In this document: positions 12,905 to 24,867 of the stretch, in pieces
How the letters are laid out: each line of letters starts with the position of its first letter
Position numbering within the stretch: the first letter of the stretch is position 1
Source of the DNA: Negaprion brevirostris
Taxonomy: Eukaryota
Assembly (NCBI GenBank): GCA_030324005.1
Contig: JARDVH010000031.1
Location: 77,054,566-77,116,539 of the forward strand
Length of the DNA stretch: 61,974 nt
Reading direction: 5' to 3'
Position numbers and translations under genes: made by a program
The notes under the pieces: generated by a model
Told to the model about the DNA's origin: nothing
Database searches by the model: none
Seen by the model: only the letters and a program-made list of their open reading frames with translations

Positions 12905-13075
12905 AAGCAAAAACAGAAAATGCTGGAAAAACACAGCAGCCTAGTCAGAATCTTTAAAAGCTATTTTGAAGAAGGGTGCACACATGAATTGTTACTTTGC
13001 CTGTGTCCCACAGGTGCTGCTTATTTCCAGCATTTTGTTGTTCTCTTGTTAAGATTTCCAGCTTCTGCTGTTCTA
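12905..13075. mobile_element. Penelope-like terminal repeat relic, head-to-head inverted pair
   Basis: aaaatgctggaaaaac ... tttccagcatttt inverted arms of the same repeat family as 3871. Confidence 0.55.
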
Positions 13076-13302
13076 CTTTTTGCTGGTCTTCAGTAGATCT
13101 GGACCCAAAGCAGAAAACTGTCTCTGGGTTGGTAATCTCCTGTTCAATCTTCAGCACAAATGCTCATAACCTTAATGAGAACGCAAGGAGACACATTCCA
13201 CACTATTATCTCTAAAGATCTGTTGTTTTATGCATTATAGCATGATATTAATTACTTTAAAAATAATGCAAATGATGGATTAATTTAATAGCCAAAAAGA
13301 AT

Positions 13303-13481
13303 GGGGTTCATTTTAACCTAACTCATCTGGTGGGGAGTCAATAGGATGGATTTGGTGTCTGTTATTATACCCTGCCTGATTTTTGATGTCAGTGGACAGT
13401 AAAACCAGACAGGGTGTAAAATGGTCAGTGGATCTGTTCTGGATGGTTGCTCACTGGGTCGGTTAGGCTAAAGTGGCTCCC
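13303..13481. mobile_element. MITE, Harbinger-like
   Basis: Imperfect 20-bp TIRs (15/20), AAT on both flanks, internal palindrome accctgcctgatttt / aaaaccagacagggt. Confidence 0.7.
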
Positions 13482-15079
13482 AATGGGTTCTGGCAGGAAA
13501 ACATCCTTAACCTGTCCCCAAAACAAGTACTAGTATTTAAAGATATACATTCATGCAGATCAATTTATGACTCGCTATATTTTGTAGTACGAAGAAAACA
13601 GAAGAACTTTGACTCAGAGTCATTGAGCTGGAGGCATTGCAAGACATCAGGAAGGGGAACAGTTACCTGTGTGCTTCCAGAAGGTTGTCACACCCCTTTG
13701 GCTAGGCAAAACTTTAGGGTTTGTAAATGGTCAGGGACAGGAGGATGTGACTAGAAGTTAGGCAGTTATGCACATTCACCATATGGAGTTGGAAAAGCTT
13801 CAGCCCCTGACTTTGTCTAATGGAGTGCTAACTGCCTATGCAGATGAGGTGAATGACCATAAGGTGAATGCAATGAGTGACTGTAGAACCAAAGGCACAG
13901 AACCAGGAATGATATTCTGCTAAGAGAACTTGAACTGAGGAGCTGAATTAAATCACAGAATATCAAAGATAATCATCTCTGGGTTGTTACCTGAGCCATG
14001 TATAAGTTAGCGTAGGNNNNNNNNNNNNNNNNNNNNNNNNNNNNNNNNNNNNNNNNNNNNNNNNNNNNNNNNNNNNNNNNNNNNNNNNNNNNNNNNNNNN
14101 NNNNNNNNNNNNNNNNNNNNNNNNNNNNNNNNNNNNNNNNNNNNNNNNNNNNNNNNNNNNNNNNNNNNNNNNNNNNNNNNNNNNNNNNNNNNNNNNNNNN
14201 NNNNNNNNNNNNNNNNNNNNNNNNNNNNNNNNNNNNNNNNNNNNNNNNNNNNNNNNNNNNNNNNNNNNNNNNNNNNNNNNNNNNNNNNNNNNNNNNNNNN
14301 NNNNNNNNNNNNNNNNNNNNNNNNNNNNNNNNNNNNNNNNNNNNNNNNNNNNNNNNNNNNNNNNNNNNNNNNNNNNNNNNNNNNNNNNNNNNNNNNNNNN
14401 NNNNNNNNNNNNNNNNNNNNNNNNNNNNNNNNNNNNNNNNNNNNNNNNNNNNNNNNNNNNNNNNNNNNNNNNNNNNNNNNNNNNNNNNNNNNNNNNNNNN
14501 NNNNNNNNNNNNNNNNNNNNNNNNNNNNNNNNNNNNNNNNNNNNNNNNNNNNNNNNNNNNNNNNNNNNNNNNNNNNNNNNNNNNNNNNNNNNNNNNNNNN
14601 NNNNNNNNNNNNNNNNNNNNNNNNNNNNNNNNNNNNNNNNNNNNNNNNNNNNNNNNNNNNNNNNNNNNNNNNNNNNNNNNNNNNNNNNNNNNNNNNNNNN
14701 NNNNNNNNNNNNNNNNNNNNNNNNNNNNNNNNNNNNNNNNNNNNNNNNNNNNNNNNNNNNNNNNNNNNNNNNNNNNNNNNNNNNNNNNNNNNNNNNNNNN
14801 NNNNNNNNNNNNNNNNNNNNNNNNNNNNNNNNNNNNNNNNNNNNNNNAGATATCAACAGATTAATAAGATGAAAAGGAATATAATGTAATGAAGTGTGAA
14901 GTTAATCACTTCGGTCAAAGAATTAAAACATTTTTTTTGAAAGATGAGAAATTGTGTGGATATTCAGAGAGATTGGGTGTCCTTGTACAAGGAACGCAAG
15001 AAGTTAGCACACAGCGTACGTTTTGTTTTTGTGTATGAGACATATAGATGAATAAAACATTGCTTATTTTTACTTTTAG

Positions 15080-15324
15080 AAAAAACCTGTCAGAAGGCGA
15101 TATGAGCCATATGGAATGTACTCTGATGATGATGCAAACAGCGATGCATCTAGTGCTTGTTCAGAGCGGTCTTATGGCTCCAGGAATGGAGGCATTCCAC
15201 ACTACTTGCGCCAGACAGAGGATGTGGCTGAGGTTCTAAACCACTGTGCAAGCTCAAATTGGTCCGAGAGGAAAGAAGGACTTGTTGGCCTTCAAAATCT
15301 ATTAAAAAGTCAGAGGACTTTAAG
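15080..15324 (+). CDS. CLASP1: CLASP1 exon, KKPVRRRYEPYGMYSDDD...QNLLKSQRTL(S), start of TOG3
   Basis: tacttttag acceptor, GTAAGG donor, 245 nt, phase 0-2. CLASP1-type residues (YEPYGMYS, RNGGIPHYLRQ). Confidence 0.98.
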
Positions 15325-15684
15325 GTAAGGTTCTGTAAAAGATATTATCATGTTGTAGGATCTTTTCAACTCAGTTTCTTAAACCACTTGATTATTTTAA
15401 TAACCTGGGTATGTTAGAATCCATCACTGTAATAACTTAGCATTTTTAGGAAGTCTTTTTATTTATCTGAATATCAAGGGGGTGTAAGTTAGACTGATTC
15501 AAATTTGGGATTTTCCAGTCAGCATTATTGTTTCCTTTAACTTGAAATGGATTAGTACTGTTAGTAGAGTCAGGAAATGTAGGTGAGTGTTTCAATCCAT
15601 CAAAGCAACATTTAGCACAGAGTTGTTGAGTAAAATCTGACTAGTTAATTTGCCCATAAACTTTGAAATACAATTTCTTGAATT

Positions 15685-16062
15685 TTTTTTATTCTTCCAT
15701 GCGATGAGGGTATCTGAGAGCAACATTTGCCCACCCCTAATTGCCCTTGAATGGAGTGGCTTGTCCCATCATTTCAGAGAGCAGTTAAGAGTCAACCACT
15801 TTGCTGTGGTTCTGAAGTCGCATGTAGGCCAGATGAAGTAAAGATGGCGGATTTCCCTCCCTAAAGGGCATTAGTGAACCAGTTTTGTTTTAACAACAAT
15901 CAACAATGGTTTCATATCTTCATGACAGAGACTCAATTCCAGATTATGAGTTTAATTTAAATTCCATTAGCTGTCTTGGTGGTATTTCAACGTTTGTCTC
16001 CAGAACAATAGCCCAGACCTCTGGATTACTAGTCAATGATGTTACCACTATGCCACTGTCTC
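15685..16062 (-). mobile_element. tRNA-headed SINE, second family
   Basis: Reverse-complement similarity to 3132-3462. Confidence 0.7.
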
Positions 16063-16382
16063 CCAATAAATAAGTTATATGTAATTGTTATTGTGACTTT
16101 TGTATGAAATTTCCCAATTAAAGAAAATGTTATACAAGTGAGCAGTTGTTCATTAAATACCTGAAGATCTTTTAAAATGACAACAGAAAATCAAAATTAT
16201 TCTGTTCAAATGTATTAAAAAATTTTAATAAGGGGCAGAATTTTATTTCTTGTTTCCAATGCTATTATTTGTATCTCTAGGGAAAAAAGAGGATTCCAAG
16301 CATCTTGCATGACCTAATATGACTTAATATAAAGCTTTTAATAAACTCTTGATCTGCACATTTTTCTTCATTTACTTCACAG

Positions 16383-16446
16383 CCGTGTTGAATTGAAAAG
16401 ATTGTGTGAGATCTTCACTCGTATGTTTGCAGATCCTCACAGCAAG
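16383..16446 (+). CDS. CLASP1: CLASP1 exon, (S)RVELKRLCEIFTRMFADPHSK
   Basis: acttcacag acceptor, GTAACT donor, 64 nt, phase 2-0. Confidence 0.98.
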
Positions 16447-17146
16447 GTAACTTCTATGAAAGCAAGTTTTTGCAACCAGCTTCTTGCATGTACATGTAAT
16501 CAGCTTTGTGTTTTGTGTGAATGCATGCAATGTTTTTATAAATGGAGCATAACACGCTTTTTTTTAATTTCCTCACTTGTGGCAATACAGGACATTTGGA
16601 TGCAATGTTTAAAAAGATTATTGTTCTTATTAAAAATAAATCAACTTGCATATTTTCAAATAATGATTCAACTTTGGAAGTATTTATTCAGTAATCCCTT
16701 TACAGTTATAACATGTGTGTTGCTTGCAGCAAGTAGAATTATAATTATAAAGCTGATTTTTTAAAATTTAACATCCAATTTCCTGAAAGGATTTTGCGTA
16801 GACCCAAGTTCAAAAGACAGCCCATTTATCGAATGTTGGTGCAGTTTACACACACTATTTTAAAAATATTCTGCAAAAGTGATTGTTACATTTTTTAGTT
16901 CTAGAAAATTAAAGCACAGTAAATGATTTGAAAGATATACTGGAATGTGTATTTTGGCATGCAGACAGAACTGGCGGATGTGAGAAATTGTTTGTAATTT
17001 GCACAGCTTTATCTAAAAGCCTGTGTATTATGAAATGATTAATGAACATCAGTAACCATTGCGAAGCACTGTTGCTTTTAAATCTAATGCATTAATCAAT
17101 GGTTTGTTTTCTTGCATGTCCTGTCCTTTGTTGGAACTCACAACAG

Positions 17147-17149
17147 AGA
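17147..17149 (+). CDS. CLASP1: CLASP1 3-nt microexon AGA (Arg)
   Basis: caacag|AGA|gtaagt. Supplies the R of DPHSK-R-VFSMF, which neither flanking exon encodes. Confidence 0.85.
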
Positions 17150-17520
17150 GTAAGTGTTGCTTTTACTGCTTATCACAAACTAACATATAACAGGACCCTT
17201 GAAGTACCTTTTCATTTTCTGAGGAAAAGTTAGTTTAAAATCTGATTGAAGAATAATAAATATCAATTAGTTGCTGCGATAAGTGCAAATTTATAATTTA
17301 CAATCTAGTTAAGGATTGTTGACATTGAAAAAAATGCCTCATTTTAACCAATGGAACTGCGCCACATGATTTCACTTTTTAGCAAAATAAACTTTATTGT
17401 ACATAAAATAATGAATTAAAATAAATATTTTAAGTTTAATAATGTGGTTTAACAAACTACATTTGTTATTCACTCAGGTTTATGTCTTCCTCCAAGAATT
17501 CTCTTATAAAACATTTCAAT

Positions 17521-18095
17521 CTTAAAAGCTAGTATAAGGTGTTGGTATAAAGGTTGTATAGGGTGTTGGTAAGACCACACCTGGAGTATTGCATCCAGTT
17601 TTGGAGGCCCTATTTGAGGCAGTTCAGAGAAGATTCTCTAGATGAAGGAGTTGATGTATGAGGAGAAATTAAACAGTTTGGGCCTTTATTCATTGGAGTT
17701 TAGAAGTATGAGGGGGGGGTTGGATCGAGATAGATAAAATTGTTAAAGGGATTGATAAGGTAAATGTAGACCAATTGTTCCCTCTTGTGGGGAATCTAGA
17801 GTAAGAGATCACAGGTATAGGTTGCGAGGCGGTAGATTTAAAACAGAGATGGGGAGGAACTACTTCTCAGAAGGTGGTGAATTTATGGAACTCACTGCCC
17901 CATAGCGTGGTGGAGTCTGAATAGTTGAATGGTTTCAAGAGGGAGATGAATGTTTTCTAATGAAAAGAGGAATATGGGGAACAGGTGGGGAGGTGGATTT
18001 GAGACCAGGAAGAGATCAGCCACGATTTGATTGAATGGTGGAGTGGGCTCGAATGGGCTGAACTTGCCTACTTCTGCTCCTAATTCCTATGTTCC
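17521..18095 (+). mobile_element. CR1 LINE 3' fragment
   Basis: Encodes LYRVLVRPHLEYCIQFW-like RT C-terminus followed by a CR1 3' UTR. Confidence 0.85.
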
Positions 18096-18304
18096 TTTTT
18101 CTTTTCTGTGGGGACCACCCGTAGGCATGCCACAGTCCTCTGGAGATGATCTTTAATTCTTCTCCAGTATTCTCTATTCTCCACGATAAAATTTCTCATT
18201 TGCCATCTCTTGATTTGGAATAGCTCAGTTCTGGTCGCTTTTTCAGTACATCCAAGCTGCTTTAGCTGATTACTTTCTTTTGCAGTAAGACACTGTGAGG
18301 CCCA

Positions 18305-18498
18305 CTTAAAAGTTAGTATAAAGGTTATATAGGGGTTGGTAAGACCACATCTGGAGTATTGTGTCCAGTTTTGGTCTCCTTTTATTTGAGGAAGGATGTG
18401 GTGGCATTGGAGGCAGTTCAGAGGAGGTTTACCACATTGATTCCAGGGACAAAAGGGTTGACATATGAGGAGAGAGTTTGGGTTTGTACTTCCATTAG
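18305..18498 (+). mobile_element. CR1 LINE fragment
   Basis: LVRPHLEYCVQFWSP motif. Confidence 0.8.
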
Positions 18499-18911
18499 AT
18501 TCTTCTACTAGCTTCAAATTAGACAATATTCCAACTTCTGTTCACTCAGGATGCAAAGTGAGATTAAGTTTCATTTGCCTTCTGCACAGTCAATGCTGAA
18601 ATTAGTGCTTTACAACAGTGAGGACCTATTTATTTGTCATTTACATTAGCAATCTTCTCTCAGCCAATTGCAAACCGCCGCCGGTCCAAAGTGCAGCTAA
18701 CTTTTCTAACAGGCACTCGGATATATTGGAACCAAAGAACCTTCTTAAACTCCATCCATCTCCATGATGATGCAGTCTAATCTCAGCTGTCCTCTAACCA
18801 ACCTTTTAAATTCATTATCCCTTATTTACAATTTTGTTTTCCATCTGATGAAGTAGATGGATTTTCAACGCTTAAGGGTTTACACACAGTCGTTTGGTAG
18901 TACAGAACTTG

Positions 18912-18947
18912 ATGTTGAAGCTTTTCATTTTGCACTCATCAGGACAC
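18912..18947 (-). ncRNA. Degenerate minimal type-I hammerhead ribozyme motif, Penelope-associated
   Basis: Minus strand GTGTC-CTGATGA-GTGCAAAAT-GAAA-AGCTT-C-AACAT. Confidence 0.55.
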
Positions 18948-19350
18948 TTTGCACAGATACTAGTACAAGGGGAAAATCACATATGAGAAGAGAATGCTGA
19001 AGGCAAATGGACTCTGATTGTTAAAAGCATTGCCTAAGAGAATGCACCAGTTGATGGTGACTGACAAATAACTGCCAAGTATTGTTTGAAATTTAAACCA
19101 AGCTGCATGTCCTGATTGGTCATGGCATAGCTCTGGTAATGAAACAGATGTGGCATTTGCACAAGTTCTTGTTGTCTGCAAAGAACAGGCCTTGTGTGTT
19201 AATATAATTGGCTTCCAGCACATGCAAATGCATGTTTCAGGGTTTGAGTTTCAGGTTTGCCTGAATGTTTTCAAATTAATTTAGCCCTGTCGCTGAAACA
19301 AAAAACGTTTCTCTGGACCACATTTCGTTGCAAACATTGCAGACATCGCT

Positions 19351-19446
19351 GCTGGAATTTTACCGCAGGCTCGCAGAACGGCATTCTCCGTTGGCCTTGG
19401 GTGGAATCTTATGAGCCTCGGGCGGGAGAGGTGGTACAATTCTGGC
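19351..19446. mobile_element. Short MITE
   Basis: gctggaattttacc ... ggtacaattctggc imperfect TIRs, similar to the other GG...ATTTT elements in the window. Confidence 0.5.
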
Positions 19447-20395
19447 ACACACCTCTCAGTTTTTTAGCTAAGTAAGCCCACCTGCTATTTTGAGCTCTCT
19501 GTTCTGACCTTTTCAACCTAGAACCTGAAAGATAGGTTCAGAAAACTAAAGGTATATTCTATAACGCATGATCAGTTTGTAACAACAGGGTGCCTATCTA
19601 CTGCCATTAAGTGTTGGTCCACTTCAGATTATTTTTCTGAATATTAGGAACATCAGCTGAAATTTAGGAGGCATTGCCAGATTTTTGTTTAATTGGATTC
19701 TAAATGCAACATTGATATTGTACTAGTTTTGAAATATTTGGAGCCCAGTGGTGGTAGTAAGGCAATGTGAGGTATTTCTTGCTGTTTATTCCCAGACAAT
19801 TAACAATGTTGACTTTCACCAGGTGGAGACAATTTTTATTTTATATATTGAAAGGTCCAATAACTGATTCTTTAAAAATGTGAAAAATTAAAAGAAAACT
19901 TCAAATGAAAAGATCTGTCCCCTTAAGTACAGTATTCACTGTGAACTGTAACTAACATATACCACATCACGTTTTAAGAAGGTTTTTACTTCAAGTTCAT
20001 GTGGCTAATGGATAATATTAGCACAGAATAGAGCACTTCAATTTTATATCCAGCCATCTTGGATCTGNNNNNNNNNNNNNNNNNNNNNNNNNNNNNNNNN
20101 NNNNNNNNNNNNNNNNNNNNNNNNNNNNNNNNNNNNNNNNNNNNNNNNNNNNNNNNNNNNNNNNNNNCTTCAATTTTATATCCAGCCATCTTGGATCTGC
20201 TTTACTACTACATCAAAATAAGTCATTCTTTCTTAACTACATTTGTCATTAATTACAAATTAATTTTTGGAAGGTTGCCAGGTTGTTTCTACATACAGAC
20301 TGTTTGTTTTGGTTATAATGCTTTCTTGATGCGTGGCAATGTCATTGCTCCCAAATACCAACAAACATCCTAATACATTCTTCTTTTTATTGTAG

Positions 20396-20559
20396 GTATT
20401 CAGCATGTTTTTGGAAACTTTAGTAGATTTCATCATTATCCATAAGGAAGACCTGCAGGATTGGCTGTTTGTGCTCCTGACTCAGCTTTTAAAGAAGATG
20501 GGTGCTGATTTGCTCGGTTCTGTACAGGCCAAGGTTCAGAAGGCACTAGATGTCACCAG
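20396..20559 (+). CDS. CLASP1: CLASP1 exon, VFSMFLETLVDFIIIHKEDLQDW...KALDVT(R)
   Basis: tttattgtag acceptor, GTCAGA donor, 164 nt, phase 0-2. Confidence 0.98.
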
Positions 20560-20679
20560 GTCAGACTAGAGATCAGGCAGTTGTTCATTCTCCTAACATT
20601 CATTTGCTTTGTGATCCATTTGGTTGCATTTCAAAAAGCCTAATTTCTCTTGACATTTAACTTTCTGGTTTCTGAAGAT

Positions 20680-21260
20680 TCTTATTTCATCTTGCCTTAA
20701 CAAATACCTTACTTAATGGATGCACTGCCTTGGTTGTCTGACTTCCCAACTGTGGGACCTGTTTCCTGAAATTTTCAGGGTCCCAAAATGATGAGCTCAT
20801 TTGCCAGATGCTCCAGAGTCTTGCACTGCTGGTCAAACAGCTATATTCTTGTGTTTCTTGAACTGCTTTCAAATACAACTGGTTGGTAAAATCAGTTACA
20901 TTCTCTCCATCTGTCCTATTTCCAGATGTCATCTAACTCGACGACTATTGAGAAGAACATGTCTTTGAAGTTTACAATCCATACTGGGATTCTCATGAAA
21001 ACGTAGGCTGCAATTCTCCCAAATTAGGACTAAGCGCGCATCCCTCTGCTCCTGCACTGTTAGAATTATGCCCCTCACTTTTAGCTTGCCTCCCCTCATT
21101 CTCCTGACCATATTTAACTCTGCGTTAAATTTCATCTGGCACTTGTCTACTCTTTCACCTTGTCTATGTCCTCTTGAAGTTCATTGCAATCTTCCTCAGT
21201 TCACAATGTTTCCAAATCATGAAAATGTGCCTTTACTCCCAAGTTTCGATCATTGCTATG
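20680..21260 (-). mobile_element. Old CR1 LINE 3' fragment
   Basis: Degenerate reverse-complement similarity to the CR1 3' region. Confidence 0.5.
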
Positions 21261-21292
21261 CATCAAGAAAGGTCATGGTCATAATGTTGAGG

Positions 21293-21438
21293 TAGAGTAG
21301 GGGAGCTATCCCTAGTGGCCTGGCCAAAATGCACCCCTTCATCAACATCACTAATGATAGGTATCTAGTCATTAACAGATTGCTGGTCATGGAACTTGTT
21401 CTGAGGAAATTGGCTGCTGCATTTCCTTCATCGCAACA
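21293..21438 (+). mobile_element. DeuSINE (SacSINE1/AmnSINE1-like) relic
   Basis: Deu-domain-like ggggag...cctggcca...caacatcacta...aaattggctgctgcatttcc. Confidence 0.65.
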
Positions 21439-21984
21439 AAATCTTAAGGGCCAGGTTTTCCCCTTTTGAGGAGAAAATCACGAATTAGAAGATTTTCTGC
21501 TGTTTTGATATTGCTTCCTGTGGAGATTGTGGAGTCTATTCAGTATACTGGAAAATCAGTTGACATCCTCCTCCCCCCAACCCCATTGGTTCATGGCAGA
21601 ATGGTCGGGATGGGGCTGAAAGTGGAACCTTTTGCCTCCTGAGGCAGGAATTGAGGTTGGGGCAGATTGGAAGGCCCATCTTCATTCGCTGGAACATTGG
21701 CCCAGTTCCCCACAAGTGTTAGACATCCTAGCCCTCACCCCCAAAGGAGAGTGGGGGTGAGGCAAAAAAAAGACAAAGTAGAAGGTCTTTGAGGTGGAGA
21801 GCAAGTGATTAAATGACAACAATGGTAATGGAAGGCAAAAAGGTGTGATGATGATGCATTTTAGTTCTTGTCAGTACTTTCATAGAATATTACAACAGGA
21901 AGTATTTCAACATTATAAATGCTAGCGAGACAGAAAAGATAAAACTGTGAACTCTGAAACACTAACTCCCTTTTCTGCTTGTAG

Positions 21985-22063
21985 AGAGTCCTTCCCATTT
22001 GATCAGCAATTCAATATTCTTATGCGTTTCATTGTGGATCAAACACAAACACCGAACCTCAAG
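21985..22063 (+). CDS. CLASP1: CLASP1 exon, (R)ESFPFDQQFNILMRFIVDQTQTPNLK
   Basis: actaac branch point, ctgcttgtag acceptor, GTTGGT donor, 79 nt, phase 2-0. Confidence 0.98.
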
Positions 22064-22620
22064 GTTGGTATTAAAATATCCAGTCCTACACTTGACATAT
22101 TCTGGAAAAATGATTTGAATTAGTTGAAACTTTAAAACAATGAGCCTAGAATAGCTTGAGATTTAACAGCAATTAATTCTGAACTGGCTCAGAAGAGAGG
22201 AGTGAGATGATCCAATTCAGATCTATGAAATATGCTGCTTGCACAGTTGGGTAATTTGACATTTTGGCCCTTACTGTATCGTGAGGATACCATTTCCTGC
22301 CAAATTCTGTCTGGATCACAGACTGATGCTTGGCAGAAAATAAGAGGTTTTGATGGCTGAAGTTTGAAATGAGAAATAAAACTTCCATTTAGATTTGCTC
22401 CTTTATTGTGATGTAAAATATTCTCTGCTCTACTTGTACTCTTGTGTCTACTTCTTTGTCATTATATTGATAGACATCTGTGAGCAGCCTCTTGAGATGG
22501 AAATGGTACAGCATGTGAAGGAGAGGGAATAATTAAATATAGCTAAGTAGATTTGTGTACAGACCTTTCATGATGCCGTAACAGAAATAAATCGATTGGT
22601 TGAACTTGCATTTATAAGGT

Positions 22621-22905
22621 ACGGGGCAGCACATAGCGCCAGAGACCTGGATTCAATTCGAGCTTCGGGTGACTGTCGTGACATTTGTCCTGTGTCTGCC
22701 TGGATTTCCTCTGGGTACTCCAGTTCCTCCCACACTCCAAAGATGGGTGGTTTAGGTTGAATGGCCATGCTAAATCCTTCCCTTTTGTCAGGAGGACTAG
22801 CAGGGTAAGTATATGGGGTTATGGGAATAGGGCCTGGGTGGGATTGTTGTCGGCGCTTGCTCGATGGGCTGAGTGGCCACCTCCCACACTGTAGGGATCC
22901 TATGA
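22621..22905 (+). mobile_element. HE1-type V-SINE
   Basis: Partial head, V-domain and tail. Confidence 0.8.
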
Positions 22906-23181
22906 TTGTTGTATCGGAGTTATTCTGTTGAGCCCAGGGCAAATGTATATGGCTTATTCTATCTGATGTTCGACTCTGTTTGTTCAGGCTAGTGACTCAA
23001 GCATAGTTTAAAAAAAAATTATATCTATAGCATGTTATTCGAAACTAAATTAAATGTTGTTTGTATTCGATCTTTAAGGTGAATTTTTTTCAATTATTCC
23101 TTTCTTTTTGGCTCTACTAATTGTGTTCAATCAAGCATGTTTCGTTCCTACTTTATTTTGTTCACATACTTTCATTTGAAG

Positions 23182-23325
23182 GTTAAAGTTGCAATCTTGA
23201 AGTACATTGAGAGACTGGCAAGGCAGATGGACCCAGCCGATTTTGTTAATTCCAGTGAGACCCGCCTTGCTGTTTCCCGAATCATAACCTGGACAACTGA
23301 ACCAAAGAGCTCTGATGTGAGAAAG
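23182..23325 (+). CDS. CLASP1: CLASP1 exon, VKVAILKYIERLARQMDP...EPKSSDVRK
   Basis: tcatttgaag acceptor, GTAGGT donor, 144 nt, phase 0-0. Confidence 0.98.
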
Positions 23326-24740
23326 GTAGGTAATTTAAGATAACTTAGAATTTATTTATGAACTCAAGTAGAGTGGACTGAATGGCCTCCTCCTGTGCTT
23401 TATGATTCTATGATTTCCCATTCATTATTTTGATGTTATGGTTGTACATGAATCTCAAGAGGGCAGTGTAATTCACTACAAAATAATTTTGTTTGAATCC
23501 GGTCTGCGAACCTTGGTATTTTAATTTTACTGTGTTTATTCCTTGCTGCATAGTGACCATAAAAATTAATTTTAAAGACCAGTAAACCATGTTAAGACCA
23601 ATCATAAATTAATCATCTTAGATTTGGGATTGATAGATTTTTGCTAGTTAGGTTAGGAAATACGGTGCCAGGATAGACACATGAAATTAGGAATACCGAT
23701 TAACTATGATCTAAATGAATGGTGAAACTAATTCATGGGGCTGAATGGCCTACTTCTGTTCCTGTGTCCCAGTTGTCTTTGTGCAACCTTATTCTGGCTG
23801 TAGCTCTTAGTGACTTGCTTGTTCATAGGAGTGTTTCGTGTTGAGGTGTACGTGACATTTCAGAATAGGATTTAAGTTAGTAATTTATCTATGTTGGGAC
23901 TAAGTTGAAAGAAATGGAAAGGGATTGTTTGTGTTCTATGGCTAAATGTGTCTACATCTTAGCTATTGCAGCCAAAGTTATGGCATAGATTTTAACTTGC
24001 TCAAGGCCTTTACATTTACTCAGGTAAAATCAGATGTCAGTTAATCATAAATTGATAGCTGTAGATCATTCTTGTTTCTTCTAAATAATGATCAAATCAG
24101 TAAAGCCTGTCGTCTCATGGACTTGTTCTTGTATGTACCTCGGTAATGAAAATCAGGTCAACTCATTTAGATAGAATAAACTAAACTTCATAACCCAAAG
24201 TAGCATTTTGATCATTTCTAAAATAGTCAATGGAAAACCATTGCAAAAGAATATTAAAATGTCTTTTCATGAACTTAACCCATTTTTCAGTACTTGGTAC
24301 TTTTACCCCCTCTAGGTTTTTGATAATGATGCTGTAGTTTGCCATAATATAGAAGAATTCCAGAAATAGTTAGTGTTTGAGTGAAAATGGCTCTCCTTAT
24401 CAGGCCTAAAGGAGATAATACAGACTCAACACTCACTCTGTTTCTTTTTCTACAGATGTTCCCAGGCCTGCTGAGTTTTTCCAGCATGTTCTGTTTTTAT
24501 TCCAGATTTCTAAAATCATCAATGTTTTCCCTGTATTGTAAAATAAGGGTTTAATTTAAAGCTGTAAATTGCATGCATACAGGTTCCTAAATGTTGAAAT
24601 TTATCTCTGTAGGATGGAAGTAAAGATTTTAACTTATTGATTTAAGCTGTAGTTGGAAAATAAGCCCAGATTTTGTGGTTGTACTAATGGAAAAACTATC
24701 AGCGTTTGGCATTGATATCTGAAACTAGTGGAAATATATG

Positions 24741-24867
24741 GGGCAGAATTTTCCCATCCTGCTTGTTACAGGAATCATAGCAAGTGGGACACAGACCATG
24801 CAAAGGTCCATTGAACTCGGGTGGGATTTTTGGCCCTTGGGGTGAGAGTGGCTAGAAAATCCCACCC
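24741..24867. mobile_element. Short MITE
   Basis: gggcagaattttc ... gaaaatcccaccc TIRs, flanked by atg and gtg. Confidence 0.55.

Noticed and set aside
13987-14856. 289-aa ORF and other X-rich ORFs
   Set aside because: They are read through N gaps and are not real coding sequence.
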